This document shows positions 9,027 to 16,889 of a stretch of 62,242 nucleotides of DNA, in pieces. This DNA is from a virus. Lineage: Duplodnaviria > Caudoviricetes. Position numbers and translations under genes: made by a program. The notes under the pieces are model-generated. The model was not told where the DNA came from, ran no database searches, and saw only the letters and a list, made by a program, of their open reading frames with translations. The stretch covers positions 1 through 62,242 of the IMG/VR virus record IMGVR_UViG_3300027608_000031; one strand, given 5' to 3'. Positions within the stretch are counted from its first letter, which is position 1. Every line of letters starts with the position of its first letter.

Positions 9027-9962
9027 ATGACATTACCAGTTGTACCCGGAAGTTCGCTGTCGTTTTCTCAGGTCAATACTGAGTTATCACTTAGTTCGAC
9101 AGCCACAATTTCTTTGAACGATGCAGCAGTGCGTACGCTTGCTGCTGTGGGCGCAAGTCCAGCTACGATTGCTATCACCAATTTAAGTGGCAAATCCAAC
9201 TCATTCCCTCTTAGTATTTCATCTAATCAAACCAACGCCAACTTACGTACTCTAGCAATAAACGCGGGATGGCCCGGAACAGCTCAAGTCATTGCCACTA
9301 TTAGTCCCGGAATATTTGTTTATTCCACAAGCACAGGAACACCAGCACTTACTATAGACGGCGCTTTCCCCAATGGGGTAAAACTTACAAACAACGGTAC
9401 TATTCAAGGCATGGGTGGTGGTGGTGGTAGCGGTGCCGGGATACAAAATTTTCCCAATCCCAACGCCCGCCCGGGGTCTGATGGGGCTGCTGGGGGGTTA
9501 GCCCTTAGCGTTAGTGTTGCCGTTACTATTGATAATGGTCCGGGGCGCATTGCAGGTGGAGGTGGAGGCGGCGGTGGTGGTAAGGCAACAGCCTTCTCTG
9601 TTGGCAAAGGTTTTAGTACCTATACGGGCGGTGGAGGTGGGGGTGGTTTAGGTGGAAACGGCGGTGCTGGAGGTGCAGGCGGATCGGGCGGTGGTTGGAG
9701 TCCATCTTGGAACGCCCCTACCGCCCCTAGTGGTTCGCAGGCCGCAGCCGGTTCCGGCGGTCCCGGGGGTAGTGGTTCGCCATTTCCCGGAGGCTCGGGC
9801 GGAAGTTATGGCGCTGCGGGGTCAACTGGCACTGGCGGCCCTCCCAACGGAAACTATTTTTATGTGGGTCCGTATTCGGGCGGCGCAGGCGGCGGTGCAA
9901 TAACCGGAAATTCAAATATTACATATATAGCAGTTGGAACTCGTAATGGAGGTATATCGTAA
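9027..9962 (+). CDS. glycine-rich receptor-binding adhesin (T-even gp38-like)
   Basis: Poly-Gly motifs (GMGGGGG, AGGGGGGGGG, GGAGG.AI) separated by variable loops. Confidence 0.65.
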   Translation: MTLPVVPGSSLSFSQVNTELSLSSTATISLNDAAVRTLAAVGASPATIAITNLSGKSNSFPLSISSNQTNANLRTLAINAGWPGTAQVIATISPGIFVYSTSTGTPALTIDGAFPNGVKLTNNGTIQGMGGGGGSGAGIQNFPNPNARPGSDGAAGGLALSVSVAVTIDNGPGRIAGGGGGGGGGKATAFSVGKGFSTYTGGGGGGGLGGNGGAGGAGGSGGGWSPSWNAPTAPSGSQAAAGSGGPGGSGSPFPGGSGGSYGAAGSTGTGGPPNGNYFYVGPYSGGAGGGAITGNSNITYIAVGTRNGGIS

Positions 9963-10009
9963 TGGACTATCAAATTTAATGGAGGCATATCGTAATGGAC
10001 TATCAAATT
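9944..10009. repeat. 33-bp tandem duplication of a gene junction
   Basis: taatggagg(t/c)atatcgtaatggactatcaaatt twice (9944-9976, 9977-10009), one mismatch. Confidence 0.95.
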
Positions 10010-10384
10010 ATTCGTACAACGCCCGAAATTGGGCAAATTGAAGTTTTGTACAAACAAGACGGGCAACCTATTGCGGTTTTTGCAATAGACGTACCTATTG
10101 TTGACGGCGCATATATAACAGGAGAAGTGCTAGACGCAGAAATTCTTCACCGTGCTCCAACATGGCTTGTTGAACGTAAACAGGCGGCAGTTTCTGCTAC
10201 GGGCTTTGAACAGATTGTTGCAATTGCCCAGCCTATATCTGCAAATGAACCGGAAACAGCGGAACAACAAGCAAATAAAGCTATGTGGGAACAGGCTGCA
10301 TACGAACAAAAACTAGCTAAAGCGCTTGTTAAGTTCGGTGTTCTCTCTGAAGACCCAACAACCATTAACATAGCTAACCTCTGA
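9995..10384 (+). CDS. putative fibre assembly/accessory protein
   Basis: GGAGG RBS; follows the adhesin. Confidence 0.7.
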   Translation: MDYQIIRTTPEIGQIEVLYKQDGQPIAVFAIDVPIVDGAYITGEVLDAEILHRAPTWLVERKQAAVSATGFEQIVAIAQPISANEPETAEQQANKAMWEQAAYEQKLAKALVKFGVLSEDPTTINIANL

Positions 10385-10956
10385 TGCGCGTAGAGGTCAT
10401 AAAAAACTTTTTGCCCCACGCGGATATAGCCGAGCTAAACGTTTGGGTTGAAGAGGGGGTGAAAAAGAAATGGTTGGATATAGGGTTTACTGCTCGTGGG
10501 CAACCAACAACGCCTGACACGCGTGTTACATCTAGGCTATACGGTGCTAGGTTTAACTATCCTGAAGTCGCCCTTCGCACGTCCAATAAGGTTAGAGAGT
10601 ACTGTGGCATCTTTAATGCACCGTTAATTGAAGGGCACGGTAAAGATGGCATAGTAGTAAGCTGCACATTCCCCGGTGGGGATGTGTACGCCCATAGAGA
10701 CCCCAGAATGTACGAACATTCAGTTTTGCGCTGCAACATAATGACTCAAGGCGCGGACGTTGGTGGAGTTCTGTACGTTGGGGGTCAGCCTGTACCTATT
10801 GAAGTTGGTGACTTACACTGCTATTTAGCATCCGAACATGAGCATTATGTGACCACGGTAGGGGGTAACACACCCCGTGTGTTATGGATGTTTGGTGGCT
10901 GTGTCCTAGCCGAGAATTGGGACACGGGCAGAATCAAAATAGGGGAAACAGCATGA
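10384..10956 (+). CDS. 2OG-Fe(II) oxygenase
   Basis: HxD (AHRD), distal His (HEHYV), downstream Arg. Confidence 0.75.
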   Translation: MRVEVIKNFLPHADIAELNVWVEEGVKKKWLDIGFTARGQPTTPDTRVTSRLYGARFNYPEVALRTSNKVREYCGIFNAPLIEGHGKDGIVVSCTFPGGDVYAHRDPRMYEHSVLRCNIMTQGADVGGVLYVGGQPVPIEVGDLHCYLASEHEHYVTTVGGNTPRVLWMFGGCVLAENWDTGRIKIGETA

Positions 10957-11312
10957 ACTACCCAGAAACAAAAATGACGTGTGTCTCAAACTTGTGGGTT
11001 CGTATGATGCACTTTGTAAAAGCTGGTGACCGCAACGAGGGACATGTGCACAATTTTGACCACGTTACTTTGCTCTCAAAAGGCAGCGTGGAAGTAGACG
11101 TTGAAGGCAACAAGACAATCTTCAAAGCGCCGCACATGATCTACATTGCCAAAGGTAAAAGACATTTCATAACAGCGCTTGAGGACGACACGATCGCCTC
11201 GTGTTTGCACGCTCTGCGTACCGGGGAACGTGAGGAAGACGTTCTTGACCCGTCAATGATTCCAGCGGGTATTGATAACCCCCTGCAAGCTGGCTTGGCG
11301 GTGCCGCTATGA
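10953..11312 (+). CDS. cupin-domain protein
   Basis: GHVHNFDH...HMIYI..G.RH; ATGA-coupled start at 10953. Confidence 0.8.
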   Translation: MNYPETKMTCVSNLWVRMMHFVKAGDRNEGHVHNFDHVTLLSKGSVEVDVEGNKTIFKAPHMIYIAKGKRHFITALEDDTIASCLHALRTGEREEDVLDPSMIPAGIDNPLQAGLAVPL

Positions 11313-11878
11313 GTGCTGTTTTTGTTAGTAATAATGCGTACTGGCTTTGGGAATCTTGTGTTCCAAAAGAAACTTGTAAAAAGTTTATTGAAGCTCACTT
11401 TGATGTTGAGCACGTTATGGATGGTGGGTATCACGACGGCGTTAAGATGGTTATTGGGGATAAGAGAAAAACAAAAATATGCTGGGCACACCAAGAAACT
11501 TTTCTTGGAGCAAAACTCCTGTCTTATATTTTGATGGCTAACCAAAAAGCCAATTGGTACTTTGATATTGACGGCACGGAGAATATTCAGTTAGGTCGAT
11601 ACGGTGTTGGTGGACATTACGATTGGCATACAGACGGCGCTATACATCAAAAAGATTTGACTGGGATGCAACGTAAATTGAGCGTGTCTTTATTTTTGTC
11701 AGACCCTGCGGACTACGACGGCGGGGACTTTTTGTTCCGGGGGTCCGACATACCTATCACCCGCGCACAAGGTTCAATCCTCGTGTTCCCTTCACTTATT
11801 GAGCACACTGTGACTCCGGTTACTAGGGGGGAGAGATACTCCGCCGTAACATGGGCGCAGGGGCCAAACTTTAGGTAA
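11309..11878 (+). CDS. 2OG-Fe(II) oxygenase (PKHD/prolyl-hydroxylase-like)
   Basis: YDWHTD, RKLS.S..LS....Y.GG, FPS..EHTV.PVT.GERYS.V.W. Confidence 0.9.
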   Translation: MSAVFVSNNAYWLWESCVPKETCKKFIEAHFDVEHVMDGGYHDGVKMVIGDKRKTKICWAHQETFLGAKLLSYILMANQKANWYFDIDGTENIQLGRYGVGGHYDWHTDGAIHQKDLTGMQRKLSVSLFLSDPADYDGGDFLFRGSDIPITRAQGSILVFPSLIEHTVTPVTRGERYSAVTWAQGPNFR

Positions 11879-11886
11879 ACACGAAT

Positions 11887-12609
11887 GTGGACCCTTTCAC
11901 TCTTCTCATGGCGGCCCAAACCGCCGTTGGTTTTATCAAGCAGGGGTGTGCTCTCCTGCATGAAGGGCGTATGGAGTTGGAAGGGGCCAAGAAGACAGCC
12001 GAGCAGGTCATTGGCGATGTCAAAGCAATCAAGGGCATTTTTGATTGGTTCATTGGTCTATTCGTTAGTAAACCAGCCAAGCCAGACGAAGCGCCCAAGC
12101 CTGTGGCAAAAGCGAAAGCCAAAGCCACAACCAAACAGCAACAGTCTTACGAGGAACTTGAACTCAAACTCATCAAAGACATCGGGGACAACATTGGTGT
12201 CCTCTTTGACACGCAACAACAGATTACAAACTTCTACCTTGAACTAGAGGAGACATCAAAGACCAACTACGACCCAACGCAAAACACCAGCAAAAAAGCC
12301 ATTGAGCGTGCGCTGATTGAATTGCAGATGGAGAAGTTGATGGAGCAAACAAGGGAAGCAATGGTCTATGCGCCTCCTGAGTTGAAGGACTTGTATAGCC
12401 GATTCCTCAAGATGCACGCCCGAATAGAACAAGAACAAGCATGGGCAAGGTCAGAAACGATACGCAGGAATAGGCTGGCAAGGTGGAAGCAAGAGCAAGA
12501 CGAGATTCGGGTTATTGAAACAATAAGTGGGGTGATTGCCGTGATGTTTATATCAATGTTTTTTGGGTGGTTCATGTGGCAACTACGAAGCTGGTCTACT
12601 GGATATTGA
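11887..12609 (+). CDS. helical protein with C-terminal TM segment
   Basis: 240-aa ORF; hydrophobic ISGVIAVMFISMFFGWFMW. Confidence 0.75.
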   Translation: MDPFTLLMAAQTAVGFIKQGCALLHEGRMELEGAKKTAEQVIGDVKAIKGIFDWFIGLFVSKPAKPDEAPKPVAKAKAKATTKQQQSYEELELKLIKDIGDNIGVLFDTQQQITNFYLELEETSKTNYDPTQNTSKKAIERALIELQMEKLMEQTREAMVYAPPELKDLYSRFLKMHARIEQEQAWARSETIRRNRLARWKQEQDEIRVIETISGVIAVMFISMFFGWFMWQLRSWSTGY

Positions 12610-12743
12610 TAGGAGTGGCGATATGCGTAATTGTTGGAGTGACCTCAATGGCATACGTAGAAACCCTATATATGAAAGCGCAGCTCAAGCAGGAAATCAA
12701 AGAGTTGCGTAAATTGAAACGGGAACTAAAGGAATCAAAATGA
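12576..12743 (+). CDS. small TM plus coiled-coil protein (lysis accessory?)
   Basis: Hand translation from GTG: MATTKLVYWILIGVAICVIVGVTSMAYVETLYMKAQLKQEIKELRKLKRELKESK*; stop overlaps next ATG. Confidence 0.65.
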   Translation: MATTKLVYWILIGVAICVIVGVTSMAYVETLYMKAQLKQEIKELRKLKRELKESK

Positions 12744-13195
12744 TTGACCTTGCCAAAACTATTGGAGCGGTTGCCGCTAGTATTGCCGCATTAGGGGGCA
12801 GTTACACACTTGCCGATAAATTTGGTTTTTTTGACCGAGCCATCATTGAGTGGACTCCAGAGCATTTTAAAATCGTGTCAGAGGTTGGACAGCCCATCAA
12901 TGTCACAGTTGCACGAATAAAGAAGCGGGACGATTGTTCTGTTGAGAGTTTTACGCCAAGTATTCGTGATGCGGCAGGCATGGTGCATGAGGCGACCACC
13001 ACCGCAAGCAAGTTTAGCGGCCCAGCAGGGCCAGAGATTGACACATTTACATACCAACTCACAATGGTAGGTAAAGAAAAAATTGCTGGTGGTAAAGCAA
13101 CTTTGCTGGCAACCATTAAATACAAATGCCCTGAAGGGGAGCGTGTTGTGCAATACCCCCGTCATGCAAATCTAAGTTTTGAATTGAAAGGCTAA
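12740..13195 (+). CDS. N-terminally anchored protein with two Cys (lysis module)
   Basis: Hydrophobic N-terminus, beta-rich soluble domain. Confidence 0.7.
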   Translation: MIDLAKTIGAVAASIAALGGSYTLADKFGFFDRAIIEWTPEHFKIVSEVGQPINVTVARIKKRDDCSVESFTPSIRDAAGMVHEATTTASKFSGPAGPEIDTFTYQLTMVGKEKIAGGKATLLATIKYKCPEGERVVQYPRHANLSFELKG

Positions 13196-13198
13196 AAA

Positions 13199-13705
13199 AT
13201 GATGACACTATTCTCAACCCTACTGTCTTTCCTGATGGGCGGTTTACCCAAACTGATGGACTTCTTCCAAGACCGTGCTGACAAGTCGCATGAACTAGCC
13301 TTGGCGCAGATGCAGACCGAAAGAGAACTGGCTTTACGTAAGGCCGGTTTAGAAGCCCAAGAGCGCATCGAGCATATCCAAACAGAGCAGATTCAGATTA
13401 ACGCTGAAGTGACCAACGCACAGACTGCTATGCAAGAGCGTCAAGCCCTATATGCCCACGACATTGCTATCGGTCAAGGAGCCAGCCAGTGGGTAACTAA
13501 CGCCCGTGCTATGGTGCGTCCTGCCATAACCTATGGCTTGTTCATATTGTTTGCCTTTGTAGAAATCTTTGGCTTTTGGTTTGCTTTCTACAAGGAAGTG
13601 CCATTTGAAGTTGCACTAGATTTGCTGTGGGATAACGAGACACAAATCATTTGGGCGTCTGTAGTGTCGTTCTGGTTTGGCACTCAAGCCTTTGGCAAGA
13701 AATGA
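13199..13705 (+). CDS. holin (3TM/GTA-holin-like)
   Basis: VRPAITY and VSFWFG motifs, TM segments, directly before the lysozyme. Confidence 0.75.
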   Translation: MMTLFSTLLSFLMGGLPKLMDFFQDRADKSHELALAQMQTERELALRKAGLEAQERIEHIQTEQIQINAEVTNAQTAMQERQALYAHDIAIGQGASQWVTNARAMVRPAITYGLFILFAFVEIFGFWFAFYKEVPFEVALDLLWDNETQIIWASVVSFWFGTQAFGKK

Positions 13706-14178
13706 ACCTGTCAGACAAAGCCCTCAAGATGATTACGCACCATGAAGGTGTGCGTCAAAAGCCTTATCGTTGCCCAGCCAAGCTGTGGACGGTGGGGGTG
13801 GGGCATGTCTTGTACCCAGAGCAGGGCAAGATGAAGATAGAAGACCGTGATGGGTTTGCCCTTAAAAACGCAGACAACCGCACGTTTAGCATGGAAGAAG
13901 TCAATGGAATTCTTAAAGCAGATTTGGCTAGGTTTGAGCGAGGTGTGGTTCAGTTCTGTCCTGTCCCCCTCACTCAAGGTCAATATGATGCTCTCATATC
14001 TTTTAGTTTCAATGTTGGTCTGGGAACACTACAGCGTTCAACCCTCCGTCAGAAGGTTCTGCGTGGGGATATGGAAGGCGCTGCGGAAGAACTCTTGAAG
14101 TATTGCAAGGCGGGTGGCAAAATACTCAAAGGGTTGGAGAATCGTCGTAAAGACGAACGCGCCCTGTTCTTAGGATAA
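13702..14178 (+). CDS. endolysin, GH24 phage lysozyme
   Basis: HEG....YRCPA..WTVGVGH (E-x8-C-x5-T), FNVG, GL..RR..E..LF; ATGA start at 13702. Confidence 0.92.
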   Translation: MNLSDKALKMITHHEGVRQKPYRCPAKLWTVGVGHVLYPEQGKMKIEDRDGFALKNADNRTFSMEEVNGILKADLARFERGVVQFCPVPLTQGQYDALISFSFNVGLGTLQRSTLRQKVLRGDMEGAAEELLKYCKAGGKILKGLENRRKDERALFLG

Positions 14179-14181
14179 AAC

Positions 14182-16518
14182 ATGCCATTACAGAAACTTG
14201 CATTTAGACCCGGCGTTAACCGCGAAGGCACTACCCTCTCCAACGAGGGTGGCTATTTTGACTGCGACAAAATTCGTTTCCGTTCCGGCTTCCCTGAGAA
14301 AATTGGTGGCTGGCAAAAAGACGCTGGGCTTGCATCCACTACTTGCCCAACAAGTACATTTGTTTCTAGCGGAACATCTACTCAGGCTACCGTTACTAAC
14401 GGAGTGTTTTGGGGTGTAACCAAGGGTTTGTGGAACTGGATTAACTTAACGGGCTATAACTTACTTGGCATTGGTACAAGCCTTAAATACTACATACAAA
14501 ACTCTTCTGGCGGCACGTACAACGATGTGACTCCTATCCGTGTAACCACTTCTGCTGGCGCAGTCACTTTTGCCGCAACATCTGGCTCTACCACTCTTGT
14601 AGTTACTAACAATTCACATGGCGCACAGGCGGGAGATTTTGTTTGTTTTACTGGCGCTGTAACCCTTGGCGGAGCCATTGATGCAACTGTTCTTAACAGA
14701 GAGTATCAAGTTCAAACCGTTACAAGTAACAATACATACACAATTACTTCTTCTGTTGCTGCTAACGCTAGTGATATAGGTAATGGCGGCGGTTCTGTTA
14801 TAGGTAACTATCAATTAACCACTGGTTTCACAACATTCACGCTAGGTACGGGCTGGGGCGCTGGTGGCTGGGGCGGCTCGGTTGGGCCAAGTGCTGCAAC
14901 TGCGTTGACTGCAAGCATTGCTGACGGTACTACTACTGCGGCTGTTTCTGTAACGTCTACAACAGGTTTTGCGGCAAGTGGGTTAATCTACATTGGTTCT
15001 GAGGGTATCTCTTACCCATCAACAACGGGAACTACATTTGCCTCGCCTGTAATCCGTGGATTTAACACTACAGCGACAGCACACACTAACGGGGATGCCG
15101 TCTATCAATACCCTGCTACGGCTACTGGCTGGGGTTCTCCTGCAACTACAGGTATTGGTATTCAGTTGCGCCTGTGGAGCCAATCTAATTACGGAGAAGA
15201 TTTAGTTATTAACCCCCGTGGTGGAGCGATGTATTACTGGGCTAATAACGCTAGTGTTAACGTCTATGACCGTTGCCAAATTATTAAAGCATCTACAGGC
15301 ATAGTTACCAAAGCAGGCACAATAACGCCAGACACAACTTGCCCTTCGTTTGCTAATTTTGTGCTGATTTCAGACTCTTCACGTTTTACTTTTGCGTTTG
15401 GAACTAACGACCCAACCGGAACATACGCAACAACCGCACAAGACCCAATGCAAGTGCGCTGGTCTGACCAAAACAGCGTAGCCACATGGACACCATCTGT
15501 TACTAATCAAGCGGGCGGTATAAAGTTAAGCCACGGTTCACAGATTATTACTGCTATACAGACGCGCCAAGAAATCTTGGTCCTTACTGATGCCGCGCTT
15601 TACTCGTTCCAGTACCTCGGAGCGCCGTATGTTTGGGGTAATCAACTTCTTGGTGACAATATTTCTGTCGCTGGACCTAACGTAATAGCAGTGGTAAACA
15701 ATGTCACTTATTGGATGGGTACAGATAAATTCTACGTTTACTCTGGACGGATTGAAACCCTACCTTGTTCGTTGCGCCAATTTGTATTTGACAACATTAA
15801 CTTGACTGAATCGTATCAATTCTGTGTTGGCACTAGCGAGGGTTACAGCGAAGTGTGGTGGTTCTACTGCTCTATGACAGGTACTACGTCTACTGGGGGA
15901 AACAGCACAGGCACACCAGCATCACCTAATCGTATGCTCGACCGCTACGTCATCTATAACCATTTAGAAAAAGTTTGGTACTACGGTACTTGGAACTGCA
16001 CTAGCGCCCGCCCACGTACTGCTTGGCTAGACAGCCCGCTACGCGCTCAACCAATTGCTGGAATTGCGTACAACTCTAGTAATGTGTATCAAAACGCAGA
16101 TGTGGTCTACCATGAAACAACTGTGGACAACAACGAGACTAGCACGCCCACTGCTATTGATGCTTATGTTCAATCCTCGGACTTTGATATTGGGGACGGT
16201 CATAATTTTGGTTTTGTTTGGAGACTTATTCCAGACATTACCTTTGATAGTTCCACAGTGGTAGCACCTTCTGTTGACTTTACTGTAAGACCGCGTGCCT
16301 TCCCCGGTTCAAGCTACGGCTCGTCTGGCATCAGAGGGGTTACAAGTTCGCAATCGTTTGCAAGTACAAATGTCTATAACGTGCAGTTGTTTACTGAACA
16401 GGTGTATGTACGTATTCGCGGTAGGCAGATGGCGTTTAAGATTTCATCTAGCACTCTTGGTGTTCAGTGGCAGTTGGGTATCCCACGTATTGATATTCGT
16501 CCTGACGGCAGGAGATAA
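14182..16518 (+). CDS. tail nozzle/stabilisation protein (P22 gp10 / tubular B-like)
   Basis: 778 aa; RFR.G.PEKIGGW, VRWSDQ, C-terminal R.RGRQ..DGRR. Confidence 0.7.
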   Translation: MPLQKLAFRPGVNREGTTLSNEGGYFDCDKIRFRSGFPEKIGGWQKDAGLASTTCPTSTFVSSGTSTQATVTNGVFWGVTKGLWNWINLTGYNLLGIGTSLKYYIQNSSGGTYNDVTPIRVTTSAGAVTFAATSGSTTLVVTNNSHGAQAGDFVCFTGAVTLGGAIDATVLNREYQVQTVTSNNTYTITSSVAANASDIGNGGGSVIGNYQLTTGFTTFTLGTGWGAGGWGGSVGPSAATALTASIADGTTTAAVSVTSTTGFAASGLIYIGSEGISYPSTTGTTFASPVIRGFNTTATAHTNGDAVYQYPATATGWGSPATTGIGIQLRLWSQSNYGEDLVINPRGGAMYYWANNASVNVYDRCQIIKASTGIVTKAGTITPDTTCPSFANFVLISDSSRFTFAFGTNDPTGTYATTAQDPMQVRWSDQNSVATWTPSVTNQAGGIKLSHGSQIITAIQTRQEILVLTDAALYSFQYLGAPYVWGNQLLGDNISVAGPNVIAVVNNVTYWMGTDKFYVYSGRIETLPCSLRQFVFDNINLTESYQFCVGTSEGYSEVWWFYCSMTGTTSTGGNSTGTPASPNRMLDRYVIYNHLEKVWYYGTWNCTSARPRTAWLDSPLRAQPIAGIAYNSSNVYQNADVVYHETTVDNNETSTPTAIDAYVQSSDFDIGDGHNFGFVWRLIPDITFDSSTVVAPSVDFTVRPRAFPGSSYGSSGIRGVTSSQSFASTNVYNVQLFTEQVYVRIRGRQMAFKISSSTLGVQWQLGIPRIDIRPDGRR

Positions 16519-16520
16519 AT

Positions 16521-16832
16521 ATGGCAAACAAAGGTGTAGTAGCTCCACGACTTCCGCTTGCTCCAGTTGAGTATGACCAAAGGTTTATGGATGTGTTGCT
16601 TGGTATTTTGCGTCAGTACTTCAATGCGCTAGATAACCCCGGACCCATTCTTGCGGCAACAGAGAGAACAACAAACCCCACAGAAGTTATCTCTGCATTA
16701 AGTTGTTCTACACCAGATATAAATGGTTCTCCAACTGTTAGTCTACCAACACAGGCTGATCTTGCTAACTTGCGTTTAGGGGATATTTACTACGACACCA
16801 CTGCTGGTAATGTTCTAAAGATTAAAGTTTAG
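16521..16832 (+). CDS. virion protein
   Basis: P.LP.AP.EYD...LRQYFN motif. Confidence 0.7.
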   Translation: MANKGVVAPRLPLAPVEYDQRFMDVLLGILRQYFNALDNPGPILAATERTTNPTEVISALSCSTPDINGSPTVSLPTQADLANLRLGDIYYDTTAGNVLKIKV

Positions 16833-16861
16833 TTGTTCCCAACGACCTAACATGATAAACT
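16833..16861 (+). promoter_or_regulatory. sigma70-like promoter for the ejection genes
   Basis: TTGTTC-17-TAAACT with extended -10 TG, in the intergenic gap. Confidence 0.5.
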
Positions 16862-16889
16862 CAATTAACCCCCCATTTACGAGGCAAAA

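Noticed and set aside
6535-9962. Diversity-generating retroelement or invertible fibre cassette
   Set aside because: No reverse transcriptase, invertase or TR/VR pair seen; repeats are protein-level
11885-12247. Alternative-frame ORF over 11887..12609
   Set aside because: S/R/N-rich shadow composition; the other frame is longer and coupled to its neighbours
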